A DNA stretch of 64,000 nucleotides from Pirellulales bacterium (GTDB lineage: Bacteria; Planctomycetota; Planctomycetia; Pirellulales; UBA1268). The position numbers were made by a program, and so were the translations under genes. The notes under the pieces are model-generated. The model had not been told where the DNA came from and searched no databases. It saw only the letters and a list, made by a program, of their open reading frames with translations. Each line of letters opens with the position of its first letter. Position 1 is the stretch's first letter. The DNA is taken from the NCBI GenBank assembly GCA_018401745.1, contig JAGYJY010000020.1, positions 32,250-96,249 of the forward strand, in the 5' to 3' direction. Shown piece by piece: positions 57,165 to 64,000 of this stretch.

Positions 57165-57641
57165 ATGTCACCACGCGACCCATCTTCCGACATCCGCATG
57201 ATCAACGTCGGTGGCAAGCCGATCACCGTCAGGACCGCCCGGGCATCGGGCCGCCTGATCGCCACGGCCGAGACTGTAGAACAGATTCGCAGCGGCACGC
57301 TCGCCAAGGGAGATCCCCTCGCCACAGCGCGAGTGGCCGGCATCATGGCCGCCAAACGCACGAGTGAGATCGTGCCGCTCTGCCATCCGTTGCCGCTCGA
57401 CTCGATCCATGTTCGCTTCGACTTTTCCCAGCCAGGCAGCGTGGGCATCGAAGCGGAGGTGCAGGCCACTGCCAAGACAGGCGTGGAGATGGAGGCCCTC
57501 GTGGCCGTCACCGCAGCAGGGCTCTGCCTCTACGACATGGCCAAATCGATCGACCCTGCGATGACGCTCACCATGGTGCAGCTGGAAGAGAAGCACGGCG
57601 GCGTCCGCGGCGACTATGTCCGCGAAGCCTCGGCGCCTTGA
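57165..57641 (+). CDS. moaC: cyclic pyranopterin monophosphate synthase MoaC
   Basis: 'KGDPLATARVAGIMAAKRTSEIVPLCHPLPL', 'TGVEMEALVAVTAAGLCLYDMAK', typical MoaC. Start at the ATG after the terminator. Confidence 0.9.
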   Translation: MSPRDPSSDIRMINVGGKPITVRTARASGRLIATAETVEQIRSGTLAKGDPLATARVAGIMAAKRTSEIVPLCHPLPLDSIHVRFDFSQPGSVGIEAEVQATAKTGVEMEALVAVTAAGLCLYDMAKSIDPAMTLTMVQLEEKHGGVRGDYVREASAP

Positions 57642-57657
57642 GCCCGCCGGCAAGGCC

Positions 57658-58188
57658 TCAGCCTTTGGGGGGCACCGGCCGCGGTTTGTCGCTCGTGAGT
57701 TCCTTGGCCATCACGCCGGCCGCTTCAACGCTCCCCACCTGCTCGAGGATGGGCTCCAGCTCTTCCATGAAGTCGCGAACGTCTTTGAACTCGCGATAGA
57801 CGCTGGCAAACCGCACGTAGGCCACCTGATCTCGGTGGCGGAGCAGCTCCATCGCCCGCTCCCCGAGCAGCTCGCTGGGCACCTCGTTTTCAAAGCTGCC
57901 AAAGAGCTCCAGCTCAAGTGTGGAGACCATGCTCTCGATGTCGTCCTCGGCGACAGGACGTTTCCAGCAGGCCTTTGCCAGCCCCCGCTTGATCTTGTCA
58001 CGGTCGAACGGCTCGCGGTCTCCCCCTTTTTTAATCACGGTCGGCAGCTGCCGCTCCACCCGTTCGTAGGTCGTAAACCGCCGGCGACAGCCAAGGCACT
58101 CCCGGCGACGCCGGATGGACGTGCCGTCGTCTCCCGAACGCGAATCGATGACACGGTCGTTGTCATCGCGACAAAAAGGGCATCGCAT
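57658..58188 (-). CDS. nrdR: transcriptional repressor NrdR
   Basis: 'MRCPFCRDDNDRVIDSR...RRRRECLGCRRRFTTYERVE' zinc ribbon plus ATP-cone ('VIKKGGDREPFDRDKIKRGL', 'VAYVRFASVYREF'). The upstream ORF extension was rejected. Confidence 0.9.
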   Translation of the reverse strand: MRCPFCRDDNDRVIDSRSGDDGTSIRRRRECLGCRRRFTTYERVERQLPTVIKKGGDREPFDRDKIKRGLAKACWKRPVAEDDIESMVSTLELELFGSFENEVPSELLGERAMELLRHRDQVAYVRFASVYREFKDVRDFMEELEPILEQVGSVEAAGVMAKELTSDKPRPVPPKG

Positions 58189-58330
58189 GCGTGAGTCGTG
58201 TTTCTGGGAAAAGGGCTGCGGGGCAAGAACGCCCCAGGGAAAACCTGAGCCCTCGAAATCTACGCAAGCAGCGACCAAACCGACAACCCGGCAACCGCAT
58301 TCGGGCGAACCATTGCCCCTCAGCCGCCCT

Positions 58331-59917
58331 TCAGCCGACCAACGGCTCGCCTGGCTCTGCCTCGGCTGCTTCTCCAGCGGGCACGGCTTCCGTCGCTTGA
58401 TCAGCCTCATCCGCGGCCGACGACTGACGAGAACCGCTTGTTTTCGCCAGTTTCCAGTCTCTCCGCTGCCGCGAACTGGGGATCTTCATCGCCTTGCGAT
58501 ATTTGGTGACCGTTCGCCTCGCCAGCGTGATGCCCCGCTTGCCGAGCTGCACCACCAGGTCGTCGTCGCTAAAGGGCCGATCCTTCGACTCGCCATCGAT
58601 GATCTCCTGCAGCCGCACCCGCACGGCGTCCCAGGCAACCTCCTCGCCATCAGCGCTCACGGTGCCGCCCACGAAGAAGCCTCGCAGCGGCAGCAGCCCC
58701 CGCGGCGTCTGCAGCCATTTATCGTCAACGGCCCGGCTGACCGTGGTCACGTGCATCCCGATCCGGTCGGCGATCTGCTGCATCTTCAACGGCTCAATCG
58801 CCTCTGGGCCCTCGGCGAGAAAACGGGTCTGGTGGTCGACGATCGCCTGGGCCGTTTTCAGCAGCGTGCTGCGCCGCTGCTCGATCGATTCGATCAGCCA
58901 CTGGGCGGAGTTGATCTTCCGCTTGATGTAGTCCCGCGTGGCCGCATCGGTTGAGGGCGACATCAGCATCTGCCGGTAGTAGGGGCTGATCCGCATGTTT
59001 GGCAGGTCGACCTCGTCAAGCCGGACCATCCACTTCCCGTTTTCATCCTGCTCGACAAACACGTCGGGCCTGACCGTCGGCACCACGCTCATCGCATACA
59101 GCGATCCTGGCTTGGGCTGCAGCCGATGCAGTTCCTGGCGAGCCTCTTCAATCTCCTCGATCGAATAGCCGGTGCGTTTCTCGATCATGGGCAGACGATT
59201 GGCCGCGAGATCTTCGAGGTGGTTGTCAACGATCGTCCGCAGCCGCACCGCGTCGGGGCTGCGGCCCTCGATCTGCAGCAGCAGGCATTCCCGCAGACTG
59301 CGAGCGCCCACGCCCCGCGGATCCATGCTCTGCACCACCTCAAGCGCTTTCGTCAGATCGGCCAGCTGACCGTCGGGGCCTTCCGCATCGACCAGTTCCT
59401 CCAGCGGAAGCTGCAGGTAGCCGTTGGCATCGAGGTTGTAGATCACCCGATCGGCCGCAGCTCGCTGCTCGCTGGTGAGGTCGTAGAGGGTGAGCTGCTC
59501 GTGGAGGTGGTCCGAAAGCGTTTCGGGCCGCTGCTCCATATTGGCCATCACGTCGAGGTAGCGGTCGGAGGCCTCATCGAGCCGCGAGGCACTCGATCTC
59601 GGCCGCTCTTCGTCGGTGTCGGGATATTCCGCCGACCAGTCGTACGACCGTTCAAAATCCGCCTGGTTGTCGTGCTCCTGATCGACGACAAGCGGCTGCT
59701 CCTCAGCAGTATTTTGCTGGGGTTCTACGGGCTCGCCCGGCTCCGTTCCGACCTCCGGCTCATCGATCTCGAGCGTCTCGTTGTTTTGAATCTCCTGCTC
59801 GATCCGCTCCTCAAGAGCCTGGTGGGCCAGCTGCAGAATCTCCATCGACTGGATCATGCGGGGCGCAAGCATCTGCTTTTGCGCCAGCCGCATTTCCTGT
59901 CCGAAAGAGAGTTTCAA
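58331..59917 (-). CDS. rpoN: RNA polymerase sigma-54 factor
   Basis: Region I 'LAQKQMLAPRMIQSMEILQL', core-binding and HTH regions, and the RpoN box 'ARRTVTKYRKAM'. It is followed by a ~55-aa Ala/Glu-rich tail. Confidence 0.92.
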   Translation of the reverse strand: MKLSFGQEMRLAQKQMLAPRMIQSMEILQLAHQALEERIEQEIQNNETLEIDEPEVGTEPGEPVEPQQNTAEEQPLVVDQEHDNQADFERSYDWSAEYPDTDEERPRSSASRLDEASDRYLDVMANMEQRPETLSDHLHEQLTLYDLTSEQRAAADRVIYNLDANGYLQLPLEELVDAEGPDGQLADLTKALEVVQSMDPRGVGARSLRECLLLQIEGRSPDAVRLRTIVDNHLEDLAANRLPMIEKRTGYSIEEIEEARQELHRLQPKPGSLYAMSVVPTVRPDVFVEQDENGKWMVRLDEVDLPNMRISPYYRQMLMSPSTDAATRDYIKRKINSAQWLIESIEQRRSTLLKTAQAIVDHQTRFLAEGPEAIEPLKMQQIADRIGMHVTTVSRAVDDKWLQTPRGLLPLRGFFVGGTVSADGEEVAWDAVRVRLQEIIDGESKDRPFSDDDLVVQLGKRGITLARRTVTKYRKAMKIPSSRQRRDWKLAKTSGSRQSSAADEADQATEAVPAGEAAEAEPGEPLVG

Positions 59918-60108
59918 CGCTCAAGACTCCGTGAGTTCACTGGCCTGACCACAGTTTGGCACGCCGCGTGCTGCAGCATCACCACCCCCCCAAGAATACC
60001 CCCTGCCGGCAGCCGCGTCGCGAGGCTCATCAACAAAAAATGCAGCGGCCCCTCAGGCACCATCACGATGCCGTGCGACACCTTGGCGAATACAGCGATC
60101 CGCGCGGC

Positions 60109-60721
60109 TCAGAGCCGTTGCCGACCGGAGAGGGCGTCGGCGAGCATCGCCTTGTTGGCCTGCTCAAGAGGGCTGCCAACGACGAGCCCGCGGGCGAGCC
60201 GCGTCACCTCGACCGGCATTCCAGCAAGCCTGCCAGCGATGTCCGCTGCCGTGGCGTCTCCTTCCACGGTCGGGCTCGTGCCCATGATCACCTCGCGAAT
60301 GCCGCCGCTGCGGACGCGGTCGAGCAGTTGCCGAATGGTGAGCTGCTCAGGCCCCATCGCTCTCCAGCGGCGAGAGCCGCCCCTGCAACACATGGTAGCG
60401 TCCGCGATAGGTCCCAGCTGTCTCCAAAGCCAGGAGGTCTCGCACCTGCTCCACGACCATCAGCTGGCCCGAATCACGTCGCGAATCCTGACAGACCGTA
60501 CAGGTTTCCTCTTCGCAAAGGTTGAAGCAATCCTTACAGGGATGGAGCCGTTCGGTCACTGCCCGCACAGCATCGGCCAGGGCCTGGGTCTCATCGGGAG
60601 GCATCTTCATCACGTGGTAGGCCAGCCGCTCGGCCGACTTGCGACCGATCCCCGGCAAGCCGGCAAACTGCTCAATGAGCGTGGCGATCACACCGCGGGA
60701 GCTGTCTGATTTCGCTGCCAT
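60109..60721 (-). CDS. recR: recombination protein RecR, frame-disrupted as assembled
   Basis: HhH 'LPGIGRKSAERLAYHV' and Zn finger 'CKDCFNLCEEETCTVC' are in ORF 60347..60721. The Toprim 'EVIMGTSPTVEGDATA' and 'RLARGLVVGSPLEQ' are in ORF 60109..60393. The switch is at the G4 run in 'gatggggcct' (~60356-60362). Confidence 0.9.
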
Positions 60722-60750
60722 AAGATTCGTTATCCAAGCCCGATGAAACC

Positions 60751-62628
60751 CTATCCGCCAGCCTCACGCGGCTTCCGGCCTCCCGCCGCAGGCGGATCAA
60801 CCCGGCGGATCGCGGCATCAAACACCGTGCGGGCGTGGCTCACCAGCGGGTGCTCCGAGGCAAGCCGCAGCAATGCCGCCTGCGACCGCGCGGCGGCAGG
60901 CTTCGGCTTTGCCGCCGCAGGTGCGGCAGCCTCAAACTGAAAAACGATCCGCGTTCGTCCGCTGAGCTCTCGGAGAGCCGCCGTCACGCTGGCGGCGACT
61001 TCCGGCCGCTTGAGGAAGGAACAGCCCGCCTCTCCCTTCGCTGGCATGGTGACTTCGATGCCATCATCGTCATGCCACACCGCACGCGTGGCCTCGCTGA
61101 TGAAGCCAGCGGCCATACCCCCGACCGTCTCGCCGACCTGCCGCCAGATGTCGAGCGGCAGGGCGTCGGGATCGATTGGAGAGGCCGCGGGAGTGGCTAC
61201 GGCTTCAGGAGGGGCTGCTGGTGCCGGACGGGGCTCGACGACATCCCGCGAGGCGACGGCCTTGTCGTCGGCTGGAGATGGAGCGGCTGGCCGCGGCGGT
61301 TCAGCTCCGCGGCCGCTGCGGCCGTTCAGGTCGGTCGTTTTTTTTTCGCGCGAGGGCGGCACCGCTGCAGCCGCCTGCGTGGGAGCCGTGGCCGCCTGAC
61401 CGCTCGCCAGCCGCGCAATCACATCAGCCAGCGACTCCATCCGCTCCATGCTCGCCAGCCGGACCACGGCCATCTCAGCAAGCACGGCCGCATGGCCTGC
61501 CGTCCGCATCCGAGCGAGCGACTGATCGATCACCTGCATCATCGCCAGGATCGTGTCGGTTCCCAGCGAGGTTGCCAGCGAGGCGACCGCAAGGCCACAG
61601 CTGCCGTCGGCATTCCAGAGCCGCTGCTCGGCCGACACACTCGCCAGCAGCATGTCGCGGAGCACAGCCAGGAGCTGCTCCAGCACACCACCGGCATCAG
61701 CTCCCCCCGACACCGCCGTATCGAGCGCTTCCACGGCCTCCCTGGGCTGCTGGCGGGCGATCGCCTCCACCAGCTGAGCCAGCCCCTCCTCGCGGCCGGT
61801 TCCCAGCAGCGAGTGGACCGCATCGACGCCAATACGGCTGTCGGACGAGGCCGCGGCCCCGAGCAGCTGCTCAAGCAGCGACTGGCTGTCGCGCATGCTG
61901 CCGTTGGCCCGTCGGGCCACCAGCCGCACCGCTTCGGCATCGATCTCCACGCCTTCGGCGGCCGCGATCTCCGCCAGCCGAGCCTCGATCGCGGTGGCTT
62001 CGACTGTGAGAAAATCAAACCGCTGGCAGCGGGAGAGGATCGTGATGGGCAGCTTCTCGGGCTCTGTCGTGCAGAGCACAAACTTCACGTGCTGCGGCGG
62101 CTCTTCCAGCGTCTTCAGGAGGGCGTTGAAGGCCTCCCGCGTGAGCATGTGGACTTCGTCGATGATGTAGATCTTGTAGCGGCCGCGGGCAGGTCGCACC
62201 GCGGCGTTCTGCCGCAGCTGCCGGATCTCGTCGATGCCGCGGTTGCTGGCGGCATCGATCTCCACCACGTCGACATCCTGCCCGGCGGAGATCGCTTCAC
62301 ACATCTCGCAGCGGTTGCATGGCTCGGCCGAGGCGTCGCTTCCTCCGGAGCGGCTGTCGGGGTCAGCGACCGTGCACTCAAGCGCCTTGGCAAAGATTCT
62401 CGCAGCGCTCGTCTTGCCCACGCCCCGAGCGCCCGTGAAGAGATAGGCATGCCCGATGCGGCCCGACCGGATCGCGCCGGCGAGCCCGCGGGCCACATGC
62501 GTCTGCCCGATCAGGTCGGCAAACCGCTGTGGCCGATACCGCCGTGCGACCACCCGGTAGGTGCCCGACGGCCTTGCAGGCATCGTGGCATCGCCGCTCG
62601 TCGGCACAGGTGATGTGTGCTCAGCCAT
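60751..62628 (-). CDS. dnaX: DNA polymerase III subunit gamma/tau
   Basis: 'YRPQRFADLIGQ', Walker A 'GARGVGKTSAARI', zinc module 'CNRCEMCEAI', 'IIDEVHMLT', 'SRCQRFDF'. Start set at ATG 62628, because the upstream part of the ORF is occupied by the SRP RNA hairpin. Confidence 0.92.
   Translation of the reverse strand: MAEHTSPVPTSGDATMPARPSGTYRVVARRYRPQRFADLIGQTHVARGLAGAIRSGRIGHAYLFTGARGVGKTSAARIFAKALECTVADPDSRSGGSDASAEPCNRCEMCEAISAGQDVDVVEIDAASNRGIDEIRQLRQNAAVRPARGRYKIYIIDEVHMLTREAFNALLKTLEEPPQHVKFVLCTTEPEKLPITILSRCQRFDFLTVEATAIEARLAEIAAAEGVEIDAEAVRLVARRANGSMRDSQSLLEQLLGAAASSDSRIGVDAVHSLLGTGREEGLAQLVEAIARQQPREAVEALDTAVSGGADAGGVLEQLLAVLRDMLLASVSAEQRLWNADGSCGLAVASLATSLGTDTILAMMQVIDQSLARMRTAGHAAVLAEMAVVRLASMERMESLADVIARLASGQAATAPTQAAAAVPPSREKKTTDLNGRSGRGAEPPRPAAPSPADDKAVASRDVVEPRPAPAAPPEAVATPAASPIDPDALPLDIWRQVGETVGGMAAGFISEATRAVWHDDDGIEVTMPAKGEAGCSFLKRPEVAASVTAALRELSGRTRIVFQFEAAAPAAAKPKPAAARSQAALLRLASEHPLVSHARTVFDAAIRRVDPPAAGGRKPREAGG
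61338..61346 (-). other. A9 homopolymer inside dnaX, a candidate recoding (frameshift or transcriptional slippage) site
   Basis: The forward strand has T9. The coding strand reads GAA AAA AAA ACG (E-K-K-T). Both shifted frames reach stop codons within 4 and 13 codons. Confidence 0.5.
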
Positions 62629-62661
62629 GGCACGGGCCTCGCGATCGGCGGAGAAAGACAT

Positions 62662-62777
62662 CACGGCCGCCGATGAGAGGCCCACCGCACAAAGAGACGA
62701 CTGCTTATGGCTGCTGCGGTTAGGCCCTGACCAGGTTCACAGATCCCCATCGCAGGGGCCTCTCATCGGAGGCCGTG
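62662..62777 (-). ncRNA. ffs: signal recognition particle RNA (4.5S, small bacterial type)
   Basis: The minus strand forms a long hairpin: CACGGCCTCCGATGAGAGGCCC ... GGGCCTCTCATCGGCGGCCGTG. Its apical region CTGTGAACCTGGTCAGGGCCTAACCGCAGCAGCCATAAGCAG closely resembles domain IV of E. coli 4.5S RNA (CTGTTTACCAGGTCAGGTCCGGAAGGAAGCAGCCAAGGCAG). It lies directly upstream of dnaX, a common synteny. The ends are approximate. Confidence 0.8.
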
Positions 62778-62847
62778 ACTTCACGTGAGTTGTACGCGGC
62801 AATCTGGAGGCGGTCAAAGGGGGTTCGTGTTTGCTACATTTCCGGCC

Positions 62848-64000
62848 ATGGCCACACCGATGATGCAACAGTTCGAAGCCGCCAAGGCCCGCTGCCCCGG
62901 GGCGCTCGTGCTCTTTCGCATGGGCGACTTCTACGAGCTCTTTGGCGACGACGCTCGTGAAGCCGCCGAACTGCTCGACCTCACGGTCACCAGCCGCGAG
63001 AAGGGGCCCGACGCGATGCCGATGGCGGGCTTCCCACACCATCAGCTCGACCCGCAGCTGGTCAAGCTCGTGGCTGCCGGCCGCCGGGTGGCCATCTGCG
63101 AGCAGATCGACGACCCCAAGACGACGAAGGGGCTGCTCCGCCGTGAGGTGACACGGATCGTGACGCCCGGCATCGCGGCCGACGAGTCGCTCCTCGATCC
63201 GACCCGCAGCAACTTTCTCGTGGCGGTGATTCCGGTGGAGACCGGCCTGGAGCCGCAGGCGTCGCCCTCGTCCGACTCTCCGCAGGCCGCCGCGGCTGGG
63301 ATCGCCTGGATCGACGTGGCCGGTGGCCGCTTCCAGGCGGCGGTCTTGCCACCGGCAGACCTCGCCGAGCATCTGCAGCGGCTCGATCCCGCGGAGTGCC
63401 TCTGCGACGAACGGGATCATGAGACGGTCTCGCAGCTGCTGCGGTCGGCGGGGCTGCATGCAGCGGTCACCGCCCGGCCATCGTGGTGGTTTGCCACCGA
63501 CCGAGGCCCTGAGGAGCTTTCCCGCAAGCTCGGCGGGGTGTCGCTCGAAGGGCTCGGCTTCGAGCCAGCCCACGATGCGGCTGGGCTGGCGGCCGCCCAC
63601 GCGGTGATCAGCTACCTCGCAGAGACGGAGCCCGCGGCCATCGGCCGCATCGGGCAGCTCAAGCCGTGGCGGAGCGGCCACGCGATGGAGATCGATGAGG
63701 CCACGCGGCGAACCCTCGAGCTCGTGCGAACCGTCAGCGAAGGCCGTCGGGCCGGCTCGCTGGCAGGTGTGCTCGACCGCACGAAGACGCCGATGGGGGC
63801 CCGGATGCTCTCCCGCTGGCTGGTCGCGCCGCTGATCGACCCCGCCGCCATCGAGCGCCGCCTCGATGCCGTCGGCATGCTGGTCGACAACGCATCGCTG
63901 GCCGGCGAACTCGCCGACACGCTCTCAGGGATCGGCGACCTGGAGCGGATCACCAGCAGGGTCGTGTCGGGCCGCGCCGGCCCCCGCGATGGAGAACGCA
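62848..64000 (+). CDS. mutS: DNA mismatch repair protein MutS (5' part, continues beyond the window)
   Basis: My own translation from ATG 62848 gives 'MATPMMQQFEAAKARCPGALVLFRMGDFYELFGDDAREAAELLDLTVTSR...MPMAGFPHH'. The same frame is still open and MutS-like near 63600-63900 ('TPMGARMLSRWLVAPL'). It is absent from the ORF track because no stop lies inside the window. Confidence 0.9.
   Translation, partial: MATPMMQQFEAAKARCPGALVLFRMGDFYELFGDDAREAAELLDLTVTSREKGPDAMPMAGFPHHQLDPQLVKLVAAGRRVAICEQIDDPKTTKGLLRREVTRIVTPGIAADESLLDPTRSNFLVAVIPVETGLEPQASPSSDSPQAAAAGIAWIDVAGGRFQAAVLPPADLAEHLQRLDPAECLCDERDHETVSQLLRSAGLHAAVTARPSWWFATDRGPEELSRKLGGVSLEGLGFEPAHDAAGLAAAHAVISYLAETEPAAIGRIGQLKPWRSGHAMEIDEATRRTLELVRTVSEGRRAGSLAGVLDRTKTPMGARMLSRWLVAPLIDPAAIERRLDAVGMLVDNASLAGELADTLSGIGDLERITSRVVSGRAGPRDGER

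Noticed and set aside
4795-60370. Programmed ribosomal frameshifting as the explanation for the split rsmH, rsgA, smc, recR, Rad50-like and giant genes
   Set aside because: There are no slippery heptamers at the junctions I inspected. Both +1 and -1 shifts occur, and these gene families are not known to be recoded. Assembly indels are more parsimonious. Only the dnaX A9 tract, where the zero frame is intact, was kept as a recoding candidate.
59126-62613. Plus-strand ORFs of 527 aa (59126..60709) and 592 aa (60835..62613) opposite rpoN/recR and dnaX
   Set aside because: They are antisense to strongly conserved genes and their translations are His/Arg/Pro/Gly-rich with no motifs.
62629-62685. 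N-terminal 19-codon extension of the dnaX ORF
   Set aside because: It is overlapped by the 3' strand of the SRP RNA hairpin. The conserved DnaX sequence begins after the ATG at 62628.
62737-63681. 314-aa minus-strand ORF
   Set aside because: It is antisense to the mutS 5' region, whose plus-strand frame translates into canonical MutS sequence from ATG 62848 and stays open to the window end.

Overview
This is a gene-dense, visibly GC-rich bacterial chromosomal segment. I saw no transposase, integrase, phage gene or CRISPR array. The gene content suggests a Planctomycetota-like (Pirellulales-type) organism: H4MPT-linked C1 genes (fae, mtd, mch, MptN-like ligase), sigma-54, LysM and FHA proteins, and giant membrane proteins. 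That taxon call is an inference, not a database result.

Recognisable core genes:
- Left part: cysteine desulfurase, queA, rsmH, plsC, cdsA, suhB-like.
- Middle: fabI, mutT-like, yidD, rnpA, a DnaJ/CbpA-like gene, ppk1, a DtxR-family repressor.
- Right part: rsgA, hflX, rimI, smc, moaC, nrdR, rpoN, recR, dnaX, and the 5' end of mutS.

Three RNA genes that the ORF track cannot show were read from the sequence:
- tRNA-Lys(CUU), 32928-33001, minus strand.
- RNase P RNA (type A), about 43470-43925, minus strand.
- SRP/4.5S RNA, about 62662-62777, minus strand, directly upstream of dnaX.

Most interesting observations:
1. A roughly 10 kb minus-strand block (10014-19919) encodes three tandem paralogous giant membrane-anchored proteins with no domain I can name.
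2. An A9 tract lies two-thirds of the way into dnaX, and both alternative frames stop quickly, so it is a candidate tau/gamma recoding site.
3. A degenerate SbcD/Mre11-like protein sits next to a membrane-spanning Rad50/YhaN-like ATPase.
4. A FlgI-domain plus HEAT-repeat lipoprotein is translationally coupled to smc.
5. At least a dozen apparent 1-nt frame disruptions occur in otherwise well-conserved genes (rsmH, rsgA, smc, recR and the large genes). The simplest explanation is indel error in the assembly rather than real pseudogenes.

Many long ORFs antisense to clear genes are GC-rich artefacts and were rejected.
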